Both the position numbers and the translations under genes were made by a program. Below the pieces are notes generated by a model. The model was not told the origin of the DNA. It worked only from the letters and a program-made list of their open reading frames with translations, and made no database searches. Shown in pieces: positions 52,063 to 64,000 of a stretch of DNA of 64,000 bases (the first letter of the stretch is position 1; each line of letters opens with the position of its first letter). The DNA comes from Octopus bimaculoides (taxonomy: Eukaryota), in assembly GCF_001194135.2 (NCBI RefSeq), contig NC_068993.1, positions 9,132,864 through 9,196,863 of the forward strand. The letters run 5' to 3'.

Positions 52063-52681
52063 NNNNNNNNNNNNNNNNNNNNNNNNNNNNNNNNNNNNNN
52101 NNNNNNNNNNNNNNNNNNNNNNNNNNNNNNNNNNNNNNNNNNNNNNNNNNNNNNNNNNNNNNNNNNNNNNNNNNNNNNNNNNNNNNNNNNNNNNNNNNNN
52201 NNNNNNNNNNNNNNNNNNNNNNNNNNNNNNNNNNNNNNNNNNNNNNNNNNNNNNNNNNNNNNNNNNNNNNNNNNNNNNNNNNNNNNNNNNNNNNNNNNNN
52301 NNNNNNNNNNNNNNNNNNNNNNNNNNNNNNNNNNNNNNNNNNNNNNNNNNNNNNNNNNNNNNNNNNNNNNNNNNNNNNNNNNNNNNNNNNNNNNNNNNNN
52401 NNNNNNNNNNNNNNNNNNNNNNNNNNNNNNNNNNNNNNNNNNNNNNNNNNNNNNNNNNNNNNNNNNNNNNNNNNNNNNNNNNNNNNNNNNNNNNNNNNNN
52501 NNNNNNNNNNNNNNNNNNNNNNNNNNNNNNNNNNNNNNNNNNNNNNNNNNNNNNNNNNNNNNNNNNNNNNNNNNNNNNNNNNNNNNNNNNNNNNNNNNNN
52601 NNNNNNNNNNNNNNNNNNNNNNNNNNNNNNNNNNNNNNNNNNNNNNNNNNNNNNNNNNNNNNNNNNNNNNNNNNNNNNNNN

Positions 52682-52715
<34 letters not shown>

Positions 52716-53713
52716 TCATCATCATCATCATCATCATCATCGTTTAACGTCCGCTTTCCATGCTAGCATGGGTTGGACGATTTGACTGAGGACTGGTGAA
52801 ACCAGATGGCTACACCAGGCTCCAATCTTATCTGGCAGAGTTTCTACAGCTGGATGCCCTTCCTAACGCCAACCACGCCAAGAGTGTAGTGGGTGCTTTT
52901 ACATGCCACCGGCACGAAACACACACATACATACATGTTTGTCTCAGTGTGTATGTTTATGTTTGATGATCTTGACATCATGTAATAGTTGTAAATGAGT
53001 GTCACTGTCATACAAGTGGTGTCGTTCATTTTCAATATTCTGCACAAACATGTCTGGCTTTGGGGGTTATACCACCATGCCCAGAAACAGGTGAAGGTTG
53101 GTAACAGGATTGATGTCTGGCCACAGAAAATCTACCTCAATAAACTCCACCAAACATATGCAAGTATGGAAAAGTGAACATTAAAAACGATTATGATGAC
53201 ACACACACACATATACACAATGGGCTTCTTCTAGTTTCCAACACTCAAATTCACTTGCAAAGTTTTGGTCAGTCTAGGGCTATAGCAGAAGACACTTGCC
53301 TTTGGTACCATGCAGTGGGCCTGAACCTGAAACCACATGGTTGTGAATTGAATTCGTTAACCACATTGCCATGTCTGTCAAATCCAAAGAAATTGATGTC
53401 ACCTCAAGAAGTAAAAAGCAGAAATTACTATGACAGAGGATGACAGATTACATACTCGCTTCCCTTCCCCCACCTCATGATATATAATCAGAAGTAAAGG
53501 CGACTTAGTACCAAAGCATCAATAGTCAGTTGTTTCTACGTAACACTGTTAAAAGTCAAGCTAGGCTATGCATTATACATATGTGTGTGTGCATATATAT
53601 ATATAAATATATATATACATACATCATCATCATCATCATCGTTTAACGTCCGCTACATACACATATATAAATATATATACATATATACATACATATATAT
53701 ACACATGTTTATA

Positions 53714-53763
<50 letters not shown>

Positions 53764-54700
53764 TACACATATATGTAAATCTATATCTGTGTATACATGT
53801 GTACCTGTACACACACACACAATGTGCATACACACATAATCTCATACATATAACTATATACATACAGATGCAGTAGCAAAGAAGCAGAGAGGAAGAGAGA
53901 CAGAGAGAGAGAGAGAGCAGTGAGAAATAGATAGAGGTGTGTGCGTGTGGAGGAAACGTCTGTGTGTGCAGTAGACTTTCTCAATTTTAATTGACTTAGC
54001 ATGTGGTTCTTCAAGAGTGTACCAGTAACCACAGCAGACAGGATGGTAAAATTAAGCTACGAATGTGACTAAACATCGGTTACAGCACTGCATTCATCAT
54101 TTGAGTATAATTGGCTCATATTCATATTTAACTCCCGTTATTGTCGTCATTGTTGCTATTTTATGTTATTATTATTATTATTATTATTATTGCCTATTAT
54201 TTTTATTACAGATTCTGTTATATGAAGTTAGTTCAGGGAATTCTACATTTGGCAAGAAGACTGAAGACTTTTCAACCAATGCTTTAGAAGTTTAATCGTT
54301 ACTTGACACAAAGATGGTGAGGTGGCAGAAAAAAAAAAAAAAATGAAACAAAGAACATTTCAGTAGAGTGTGCCAGAATGTTATGTCTTCCAAAAATATT
54401 TAGCTTTGCACTTTTGAGTCAGAGTTCAACAACTGCACTGATTAAATTTACCTTTGAACCTTTCTGGGTCAAGTTTGGTTTGTCAAAATGGTTATCCTTA
54501 GAATAAAAACGAAGGTACAGCAGAGACCAGGCATGGCTGTGTGGTAAGAAGTTTGCTTCCCTACTACATGAATATGGGTTCAGTCCCACTGTGTGGCACT
54601 GGCAAGTGTTTTCTAATATAGCAACAGGCTGACGAAACCCTTGTGAGTGGATTTGGTAAACAGAAAACTTTTGTTGAAATGTTTTGTGTATTGTAGAAGT

Positions 54701-55036
54701 GCTGAGACCCCCTTTGGTCATGACTGACCATGGGATTGCACCTAGAAAGTTACCCTCCCAGGCACAAGTCCGGCCAAGGTTGTTTATGGAAGACCAGCAG
54801 TCGCCCATGCATACCAGCCTCCCATCTCCACGCCACCAGTGTTATCCAAGGGAAAGGCAAAGGGGCCGATACAGCTTGGCATCATTGACGTTGCAACTCA
54901 TTTCTACAGCTGAGTAAACTGGAGCAACGTGAAATAAAGTGTCTTGCTCAAGAACACAACACGCAGCCCGGTCCGGGATTCGAACTCACAACCTCACGAT
55001 CGTAAGCTCGATGCTCTAACCACTGAGCCATGCGCC
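54701..55036 (-). mobile_element. SINE family C, full length, 7-bp TSD, inserted in a hAT-type MITE
   Basis: TSD tagaagt at 54694-54700 and 55037-55043; intact head ggcgcatggctcagtggttagagc...gagttcgaatcccgg. Confidence 0.9.
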
Positions 55037-55223
55037 TAGAAGTATTACCAATTTTATTACACATACATTTTAACAACAAAATCTTATATGGACCTCCAAG
55101 GGTCATAAGGTTCCCCAGTTGAGGACCACTGCTTTGACAAAAGCCCTGTATGTGTGTGTGATTCTGTCATGATCATTATTGTCCTCAATTTGTTGTTGAG
55201 TGGCACCCCCTTCTCCCAAAAGG

Positions 55224-55686
55224 CAGTGGTTTTCAACTATTTTTTTCCTAAGGCCCCTTTAGATTCCTGTTTTACTCAAATGGATCCTCACAGCCTTTTG
55301 ATATTCAAGAAAAAATTCTATTATATTGTCATAATTAAATATTGGGAACTGCATAAAATTTTCAACAACAAAATCTGATATGTACCCACACTAAGAGCCA
55401 TATGGACCCTGCTGCTGGTTTATTTCAGAGGTGCTCAACCATTTTTTCCCTATGGACCCTCTGATTTCTCTTTTACTTGGGTGGATTGTCATAGCCATTT
55501 GATGTTTAAAAAAAAAACCTATAATTATATTTTTATAATTAAATGTTATTAGGAATTGTATGAAAAATAGCTACTAAAACATTTTGTGTATTGTAGAAAT
55601 ATAACCAAATTATTGCAAATAGATTTTAACAATGAAATCTTATATTGACCCACAAGGGCCAAATGGACCCTGGTTGAGAACCACTG
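55224..55686. mobile_element. Two tandem hAT-type MITE copies (CAGTGGTTCTCAACC-like ends)
   Basis: cagtggttttcaact at 55224, cagaggtgctcaacc at 55426, ggttgagaaccactg ending at 55686; a third copy ends at gttgaggaccactg ~55132. No 8-bp TSD seen. Confidence 0.65.
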
Positions 55687-56721
55687 CCCTGGAGGCTTAG
55701 GCTTCATCTAAGCATGAAAAGTCCAAGCTTGAGTGCTAATTATCCCCCCCTCCTCATCATCATAGTGTCCACTTTTCCATGCTTGCATGGGTTGGATGGA
55801 GTTTGAGGCAAGTTATCTATGGTTGGATGCCATACCTGTCACCAAACTTTGCCTGTTTTCAAGCAAGGTAATATATTCCCATGATTGACACTTATTTACA
55901 AATATCACACAAAGTCAAGGCAAAGAGACTGTGACACACAAACTAACACAATACGACAGGCTTCTTTCAGTTTCTGTCTTCCAAGTCCACTCACAAGGCA
56001 CCGGTCAGCCTGAGGCTATAGTAGAAGACACTTGCCCAAGGTGCCACACAGTGGGACTGAACCTGGAACCATGTGGTTGGTAGGCAAGCTTCTTATCACA
56101 CAGCCATGCTTGCACCCATGGAAATTAATTTACTAAATTCTTCAATATTGTAAAAATTCATCGAAATGAAGGTAGCGTACTTCAAGAGAAATATGGTAAC
56201 AAAAGCGCTAATGAGATATTTTAACTTTAACGAGCAGTTGATGTTAAATGTAGGAAGGGCAAAGAATAAGCCAATACCCTTGCAAGAAATATAGCAGAAG
56301 AAAATACAAAGTGCAAAAGCTAAGTCTTAGTTAAATGACAGTAAAAATAATTTAAAGATATTTGAAATTTAAATATTAAATTGCACATACTCTTATATAT
56401 TCTTTTACTGGTTGCAATCAATGGGCAATGGCCAAGCAGGAGCACTACCATCATGCATGCATGCATGCATGCATGTATGTATGTATGTATGTATGTACTC
56501 ATCTATTTTTAATTATTTGAAGGAGTTGGCTTCTAACTAAGATACAAAACTCCACTGAAGGAATGTGAATAAGCTATATATATCTTGTCACTTCTGCCAA
56601 TTAAATACAAAAAAATATCAGTCCTACTGCATGGCACCTTGAGCAAATGTCTTCTGCTATAGCCATGGAGCAACGAAAGACTTGTGAGTGGATTTAGTAG
56701 ATGGAAAATGAAAGAAACCTG

Positions 56722-56767
<46 letters not shown>

Positions 56768-56769
56768 TT

Positions 56770-56910
56770 CTTCGCTTCATGCTTTTGCTTCATGGAGCTG
56801 GGGTCATACCAGGTTGGCGGTCTTGTATCAACTCCTCTGCATCCTCCAAGATGACACTGTGCCTCTGCAGATCTTCCAGAATCACATCCCGCCACCTGGT
56901 GTGGGGCTTG
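56770..56910 (-). mobile_element. RTE LINE 3' ORF fragment inserted in the (AT)n of a family-A SINE
   Basis: Translates KPHTRWRDVILEDLQRHSVILEDAEELIQDR; SINE sequence on both sides (56620-56725 and 56960-57190). Confidence 0.6.
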
Positions 56911-56927
56911 TATATATATATATATAT

Positions 56928-56969
<42 letters not shown>

Positions 56970-57642
56970 GTGTCTGTATGTGTCTTTGTTTGTCCCCCAC
57001 CACTGTTTAACAATGGTGTTGGTTTGTTTACATCCCTGTGACTTAGCAGTTCAACAAACGAAAATGATAGAATAAGTACCGGCTTAAAACCAAAAAAAAA
57101 ATAAGTACTGGAGTCAATTTGTTTGACTAGAAATTGTTCAAGGTGGTGCTCCAGCATGGCTGCAGCACAATGACCGAAACAAGTAAAAGAATATATATAT
57201 ATTTATGCTCTGAATTCTATTTTCCTGTTTGTATTATCAAAACCTCTACACACACACACACACACACATGAATACTTGCATATACATTATGCTCATTTAT
57301 ATTCACTCACACGCACAGAAAACATCGTTACACGATGGCGTGTATGTTTCCAGTCAATGTCAAAACCAACAGTAAATTCTTGAAAATTGCAACAGTTATG
57401 CTCTCAAATTACATATCTTATATGTAATCATATAAGATATGGGAGATAGACAGAGACATGAATGGTGAGAGAAAGAATAAGAAAGAATTAGAAAAGTAAA
57501 GGGAGGGAGAGAGAGAGAGGAGATACTAAGGAAAATATGAGAGAAAGAAAGGAAGAAAAAAGAGAATACATCTATTTATCATATTTTCTTTTATGCTCTC
57601 TTCGTTTTCTTCTGTCTGATGGAGTAGTATGTATGTATATAA

Positions 57643-57699
<57 letters not shown>

Positions 57700-57819
57700 G
57701 AGAGAGATGTTGAATTAATTGCTCCACATGAAGACAATATAGATACCACTCAGATTAAGAAAGACGTGCTTACAAGATGCTACTGGAAGATTGTACAGAC
57801 AATAGGTTGGAGTGCAGTG

Positions 57820-58287
57820 CATTTGTTTTTATATTTGGTTTTGTTGCATCTTAGGATGGATCGTTATGCCAATAATAAACACACACACTGGTCCAATTTC
57901 ACTTCTTTTATTATTATTATTATTATTATTATTAGCTAATTGGCTAATCAGTTAACCAATTGACTAATCAATTACTTGATTGTTTGTTCAGCCAATCAGC
58001 TAAATTTGTCCAAAGTCCTTTCATTGCTATTCACAACCTCATCAATGATATGTAAATAGACTTGGATTAGAGAAGGCATACATTGATGAAGTTATGAATG
58101 GCGATGAAAGAACTTTGAGAAATCTGATTGACCAAACAATTAATCAAACAACTGATTAGTTAATAAGTAAAATGGTTCATCAAGTTACTAATAAATAATA
58201 AAAGAAGTGAATTACAACCAGCACATGTGTTTATTATTGGCATAATGATCCTCCCAAGATACAACAAAATTGAAATTTTCACAAATG
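57820..58287. repeat. Long foldback inverted repeat (~200-230-bp arms, 33-nt loop)
   Basis: Inner arms caaagtcctttcattgctattcacaacctcatcaatg / cattgatgaagttatgaatggcgatgaaagaactttg; outer arms tatgccaataataaacac / gtgtttattattggcata; further matches between them. Confidence 0.88.
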
Positions 58288-58343
58288 ATTTTAAAAAACC
58301 ATTACAAACCGACAGTGGAAATTTAGAATAAAAAGTGCCTCAC

Positions 58344-58481
58344 CTAATGGTGCCATGGCAACAAGCCAGTCACTCAACTCTTCTCGTTCCTTGGCCCAAG
58401 TCAGTGCAGTAGTGATGTTACCTTTCCAAATTTCCATATGTAGATGGTACTCCATATTGTCATGGTCAATGTGTGATTGGC
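58344..58481 (-). CDS. GEMIN5: GEMIN5 internal exon (138 nt, phase 1-1), start of TPR-like dimerisation region
   Basis: Acceptor ttttttttgtttttcag, donor G|GTGAGG. Translates (G)QSHIDHDNMEYHLHMEIWKGNITTALTWAKEREELSDWLVAMAPL(A), matching human GEMIN5 [44 protein letters not shown] (recalled sequence). Not in the ORF track. Confidence 0.93.
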
Positions 58482-58963
58482 CTGAAAAACAAAAAAAAAT
58501 ATTGGTTATATATTTTTATTTTTTATTTGCTTGCTTCAGTTATATGACTGCAACCATATTAGGGCACTGCTTTTATACGTATGCCAGACCATAGACCAAC
58601 CCCAGTGTCTGATCTACAGTTTAAATTGTATTTTGTACTTGTATATATATCTACAGTACCCCAACAACACTTGATGCCTCACTGTGAACTTTATGTTACC
58701 ATACCTAGCCATTTCTGGTGTCCTACATGTTGAGGCACTGAGATTCTATTCAATCCTTATAACTAATATACATATATGTATATATACACTTTTCCTCCCA
58801 TTCCTCAGACAGTTTCCATCACAACTGTCCAACAAATGGCAATGTGAAACTCTGAGTAACAGCTTTTGTGATAATTTTGCAGCTTTAATAAAAGCATATT
58901 ACTCTACCTTTGCTATTTGAGTACTATTTTTTCCACCTTGTTTTGTGCACTTATGTGCTCACA

Positions 58964-59072
58964 TTCCATAACGGCTACCTCTGATGAGTGCAGAGTTACA
59001 TAATTGGATTGTTACCTAACACGCCGTTGAATTCCTAGCACGAAACTGATTGGTAAGATTGGCTGTAATGGA
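58964..59072 (+). ncRNA. Type I hammerhead ribozyme motif, probably in a Penelope/retrozyme-type terminal repeat
   Basis: CTGATGA (58981-58987), stem II GTGC/GCAC, GAAAC (59042-59046), short stem III, GTA triplet (59053-59055), imperfect stem I ttccataacggctacct / agattggctgtaatgga. Confidence 0.65.
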
Positions 59073-61029
59073 TATATAATACTGTATACTTTGAATAATA
59101 TACCCACTCTTATTGACAGATATACGATTGCATTTTTACCTGATTTATGGCCTCTTAGATGACTTACACCATTTTACATGTGCTTTCCATACTGGTATGT
59201 GTGGGATGGTTTGACTGGATTCAACCAGTTGGAGGATCACATCTTCCCCCAATCTCTAATTTTTTGCATGGCTTCTAACACCAACCACTTTACAGAGTGT
59301 ATATATTTCATGGCACCCACACTATTGATGCTGTCTTGCCATCAGCAAATCAAAAGAGCCATCTGAAGCCCCTATTCTGTTTGTGACCACCTTCATCTAT
59401 TTGCTTAATATATACTTTGTTTTATTTTAGATAATAGAGTAACTTTGAGGGGAATTTGGCTGCTATTTCCTTAAGGTTGAGTAACCACATTGAGGCTGAG
59501 GTAAAATAGGGTATTTTTTCATAGGAGAGATTTGTTGGAGATTTGTGTAACGATGGAAGCAGGGGTTAGAAGGAAAGGTTTGTCGGAACAGATATGCTCT
59601 TTGTTTATTTCCTTTCCTTACAAGAGGTGGTGTTGTGGAATCTTCTGGGAAATGGTTTACATTGCAGAGAAAGTTTTGTGGGGGAAAATATCAGGAAAGA
59701 TCAATTTTTGTGTGTGTGTGTGATAAAGGTTTTTTTTTTTTTTGTTGGAGATGAAGCATGCAAAAGAGGAAAAGTTATACAAGAAAGAATTTACATGGGG
59801 AAGAGGATTATGAGTTTTATACAGAAAGTTTTAGAGAGAGAGAATTTGTGGAAGGTCCTTCTCTTTAATTTTTATAACACTGGAGAGAAAAATTGAGGAG
59901 CCATTTTAAGAGAAAAAAATGAATGAAGTTACTATGTAAAAGAGAATAGTTTTTTTTAGTGTGAAAAAAGAGTGTTCCTATANNNNNNNNNNNNNNNNNN
60001 NNNNNNNNNNNNNNNNNNNNNNNNNNNNNNNNNNNNNNNNNNNNNNNNNNNNNNNNNNNNNNNNNNNNNNNNNNNNNNNNNNNNNNNNNNNNNNNNNNNN
60101 NNNNNNNNNNNNNNNNNNNNNNNNNNNNNNNNNNNNNNNNNNNNNNNNNNNNNNNNNNNNNNNNNNNNNNNNNNNNNNNNNNNNNNNNNNNNNNNNNNNN
60201 NNNNNNNNNNNNNNNNNNNNNNNNNNNNNNNNNNNNNNNNNNNNNNNNNNNNNNNNNNNNNNNNNNNNNNNNNNNNNNNNNNNNNNNNNNNNNNNNNNNN
60301 NNNNNNNNNNNNNNNNNNNNNNNNNNNNNNNNNNNNNNNNNNNNNNNNNNNNNNNNNNNNNNNNNNNNNNNNNNNNNNNNNNNNNNNNNNNNNNNNNNNN
60401 NNNNNNNNNNNNNNNNNNNNNNNNNNNNNNNNNNNNNNNNNNNNNNNNNNNNNNNNNNNNNNNNNNNNNNNNNNNNNNNNNNNNNNNNNNNNNNNNNNNN
60501 NNNNNNNNNNNNNNNNNNNNNNNNNNNNNNNNNNNNNNNNNNNNNNNNNNNNNNNNNNNNNNNNNNNNNNNNNNNNNNNNNNNNNNNNNNNNNNNNNNNN
60601 NNNNNNNNNNNNNNNNNNNNNNNNNNNNNNNNNNNNNNNNNNNNNNNNNNNNNNNNNNNNNNNNNNNNNNNNNNNNNNNNNNNNNNNNNNNNNNNNNNNN
60701 NNNNNNNNNNNNNNNNNNNNNNNNNNNNNNNNNNNNNNNNNNNNNNNNNNNNNNNNNNNNNNNNNNNNNNNNNNNNNNNNNNNNNNNNNNNNNNNNNNNN
60801 NNNNNNNNNNNNNNNNNNNNNNNNNNNNNNNNNNNNNNNNNNNNNNNNNNNNNNNNNNNNNNNNNNNNNNNNNNNNNNNNNNNNNNNNNNNNNNNNNNNN
60901 NNNNNNNNNNNTATATATATATATATATATATATATTTCTTTGTAATTTTGATATGGGAAAAAGCATGTAATCTTCAATACCAATAAATTGTTTTTGTTC
61001 CTGAATGTACACTTGTTTTCTGTACCTGC

Positions 61030-61312
61030 CACGGACGGCTTGAAGCTTGTGAGTGGATTTGGTAGATGAAAACTGAAAGAAGCCCATTATATATATAGAT
61101 TTGTGTGTGTGTCTGTGTTTGTGCCCCAAACATTGCTTGACAACCAATGTTAGTGTGTTCATGTCCCTGTAACTTAGTAGTTTGGCAAAAGAGCCCAATA
61201 GAATAAGTACTAGGCTTACAAAGAATAAGTTCTGGGGTCGAATCGTTTGACTAAAGGCTGCACTCTAGCATGGCCGCAGTCAGATGACTGAAGCCAGTAA
61301 AAAAAATAAAAG
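61030..61312 (+). mobile_element. SINE family A, 5'-truncated
   Basis: cttgtgagtggatttggtagatgaaaactgaaagaagccc...ctagcatggccgcagtcagatgactgaag. Confidence 0.8.
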
Positions 61313-61344
61313 AATATTCAATTAAAGAAACAGAAAATGGAAGA

Positions 61345-61765
61345 AAAAGAAAAAAAAGCCGAACGTGAGGACGTGCCACAAGCAATGCATGCAAAGGAGG
61401 ACAGCTGCATCAAGAAATGCCAATCTCTAACTGTGGAGGGAACCTGTGGAAGAGGTAGATCCAGGAAGACATGGGACAAGGTGGTGAAGTATGATCTTCG
61501 GATGTCGGGTCCCATGGAGGCAATGACAAATGATTGAGACCTTTGGTGGTTTGCTGTACTCGAGAAGGCTCATCAGGCTAAATGAGACCATAGTCATGGA
61601 CAGCACCAGTGGCACATAAAAGGCACCCATGGCAGTGACGCATAAAGGGAACCCATTATACTCTTGGAGTGGTTGGCATTAGGAAGGGCAGCCAATCACC
61701 AGTTCCAGTCAAACTGTCTAACCCATGTCAGCATGGAAAGCAGACACTAAATGATTATAATGATA
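61345..61765 (+). mobile_element. 5'-truncated RTE-clade LINE (ORF end plus 3' UTR)
   Basis: EDSCIKKCQSLTVEGTCGRGRSRKTWDKVVKYDLRMSG..EAMTND.DLWWFAVLEKAHQAK*, then the 3' UTR shared with the GAT-tailed retroposons. Confidence 0.85.
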
Positions 61766-61842
61766 CCTACACACACACACACTATAATTGACAGCTATAC
61801 ATATATATGTATGTGGGTGTGTGTATTTATGTGTGTGTATAT

Positions 61843-61877
<35 letters not shown>

Positions 61878-62271
61878 CGTGTGTTTTCTACAGCTGCATG
61901 CCTTTTATGCAGTTAGTCTTCACGTGTTTCTAGGCTACATAAATAAGCATATACATACATACAAATACATACATGAAAGAACAGCTGGCACACACACACA
62001 CATGGTCAACTGACACATGTACACACATGCACATACATATGGCCCATTGACACACACACACACAGACATGTACATACACACAGATATGCACAATACATGC
62101 ATAAAAGCGATACAGATATATGTATGCAACTGACACTTTTGCACAATTGAATCATGCACACAGATGTGCAATTAGCACATACACATATACACGGCTGACA
62201 TATACATGCATGTACATATACACACAACTCACACATACATATATACACAACTAACAAATACACACGCACAG

Positions 62272-62302
<31 letters not shown>

Positions 62303-62365
62303 CATACAAAGCTGATGTATACGTGTATATACATATATTCATAGTTAAAACATACATGAATATAC

Positions 62366-62400
<35 letters not shown>

Positions 62401-62745
62401 CACACACACATATACACAACTGACATACAATACAATCTAGTAACCAAATGAATCAAATTTCTACTAGTACATTCCACCCCCCTTCTCTCCATCCTACTCC
62501 CTATCTTTTTCTTATACACACACAGACACACACACACAGACACTCAACCACGTGTACTCATTCTTCTCACACAATCCAGATTTACTTTGTGTGTTAAATT
62601 AATATTTTATTGAAAGGAACTTTTATCAGTTGGCATTGCGGAGATTATAGGAAGACTGAGATTATAGGAAGACAATAGGTGTTTGTGTAATAAATAGCTT
62701 CAGAATTTTAATTGAGAGAGAAAGATCGGATATGTGTGCACATGC

Positions 62746-62789
<44 letters not shown>

Positions 62790-62850
62790 TGGACAAACAC
62801 ATGCACCTATGTGCATGTACAAATGAATATGGAAAGAAAAATGTCTGTGC

Positions 62851-62924
<74 letters not shown>

Positions 62925-62926
62925 CA

Positions 62927-62970
<44 letters not shown>

Positions 62971-63824
62971 CACACACATACATGCATATATCTACATATG
63001 CACATATATACACATACACACACATACGGAAAGAAAAATGTCAATATATGTGTGTGCGCATACACACATGTGGACATTCTCTTTTCCACATGAGATTTTC
63101 TCAAAGGTAATTGTGACTTTCACACCCAATACTTGTTGAGAAAAAAAAAGAAAACATAACTTGTTTGCATTTATCAGGACTTTTAATGGAGAGAGAGAGA
63201 CACACATACATAATAAACACACACACATCAATTCTCTCCATTGACTTTTTATTCTCACAATGAATAAAGTGTCCATTGTATGTTGATGATGTTAATTCTA
63301 GTCCAAAGAAAGAAAACTAAATACTAAAAAAAAAACCCTACTTTCACTAAATGGCCTTAAGAAACACTGTTTAGTATCAGCAAACACATTCAATGCTGGT
63401 TCTTGTGTTTTATAGGCATTTGTGAAGACCTTTATATGTATTCCAGAATATGTTCATATTTCAGCTATGCTCTGTGAGAATTAAAGATAATTGTGTTGTT
63501 AAAGTGCTGACCTTATCTACTTATTGGCAGGAGATTCATGTTCACCGAGTCTTTCTGGCAAACTACACTTGTTCTCAACGGCTCACATTCCTTAGCTGTA
63601 CATAGGCTACCCTCTTCGAAGATACAAGGGCCAGCTCAAAGTTACACTGAAAGCCACTGGAATTAAGCCAAAATTGTTTGAAACACAAGCCCAAGACCAT
63701 ACCAAGTGTTAGTGTCAGGATGAAAGGCAGCAAAGTTGATCTCAGAACTCGGAGACGGACAAAAAGCTGCTAATGATTCTGTCAGCTTGCCGACTTAATA
63801 ATAATAATAATAATAATATATATG

Positions 63825-63988
63825 ACAAGGTTCTTTCAGTTTCTGTCTGTCAAATCCACTTACAAGGCCTTTGGTCAGCCTGACGCTAAAGAAAAAGAAA
63901 CTGGGCAAAAGTGTCATGCAGTGGGAGTGAACATGAAACTATACGGTTGGAAAGCAAGATTCTTACCACACAGCCACACCTGCGTCTA
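63825..63988 (-). mobile_element. SINE family A, 5' half
   Basis: ttctttcagtttctgtc...aagattcttaccacacagccacacctgcgtc. Confidence 0.75.
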
Positions 63989-64000
63989 TAAATACAGAAA

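Noticed and set aside
57412-57441. Perfect 13-bp hairpin catatcttatatg-taat-catataagatatg
   Set aside because: Short and AT-rich; plausible by chance or slippage in this composition.
14672-61198. Long ORFs containing X runs
   Set aside because: Artefacts of N gaps (e.g. 15002-15332, 26409-27007, 52063-52681, 59983-60911). The exception is the exon at 22427-22476.
16252-63276. YI/CV/HT-repeat and poly-N/I/Y/D/H ORFs
   Set aside because: Translations of (AT)n, (AC)n, (AAT)n and (ATC)n microsatellites.
1-64000. CRISPR arrays, rRNA, snoRNA, prokaryotic systems
   Set aside because: No regularly spaced repeat-spacer array, rRNA similarity, convincing C/D or H/ACA box pair, or operon-like coding density was seen.

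Overview
Eukaryotic, AT-rich, microsatellite- and SINE-dense genomic DNA from a gapped scaffold. The repeat families look like those of Octopus; this is inferred from the repeats, not proven. The only host gene found is the 3' half of a GEMIN5 orthologue on the minus strand, which I rebuilt by hand as 8 phase-compatible GT-AG exons: 58344-58481, 32202-32349, 25106-25225, 22427-22476 (runs into an N gap), 12728-12878, 10162-10364, 7578-7740 and 4070-5280. They encode the TPR-like dimerisation module and an expanded C-terminal RNA-binding region. The WD40 exons and the last exon were not found and presumably lie outside the window or in a gap. The introns (one about 26 kb) are filled with tRNA-derived SINEs of at least 4 families, RTE and L1/Tx1 LINE remnants, TA-, TTAA- and hAT-type MITEs, Penelope-like fragments and a Tc1 transposase fragment with D36E spacing. 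The most notable observations are a type I hammerhead-ribozyme fold (58964-59072), a foldback with ~200-bp arms 56 nt from a GEMIN5 splice donor (57820-58287), further long hairpins that could be ADAR or Dicer substrates, a SINE copy with twin-priming geometry, and a competing in-frame splice donor. No rRNA, intact tRNA or CRISPR array was seen. Almost all other ORFs in the supplied track are microsatellite or N-gap artefacts.
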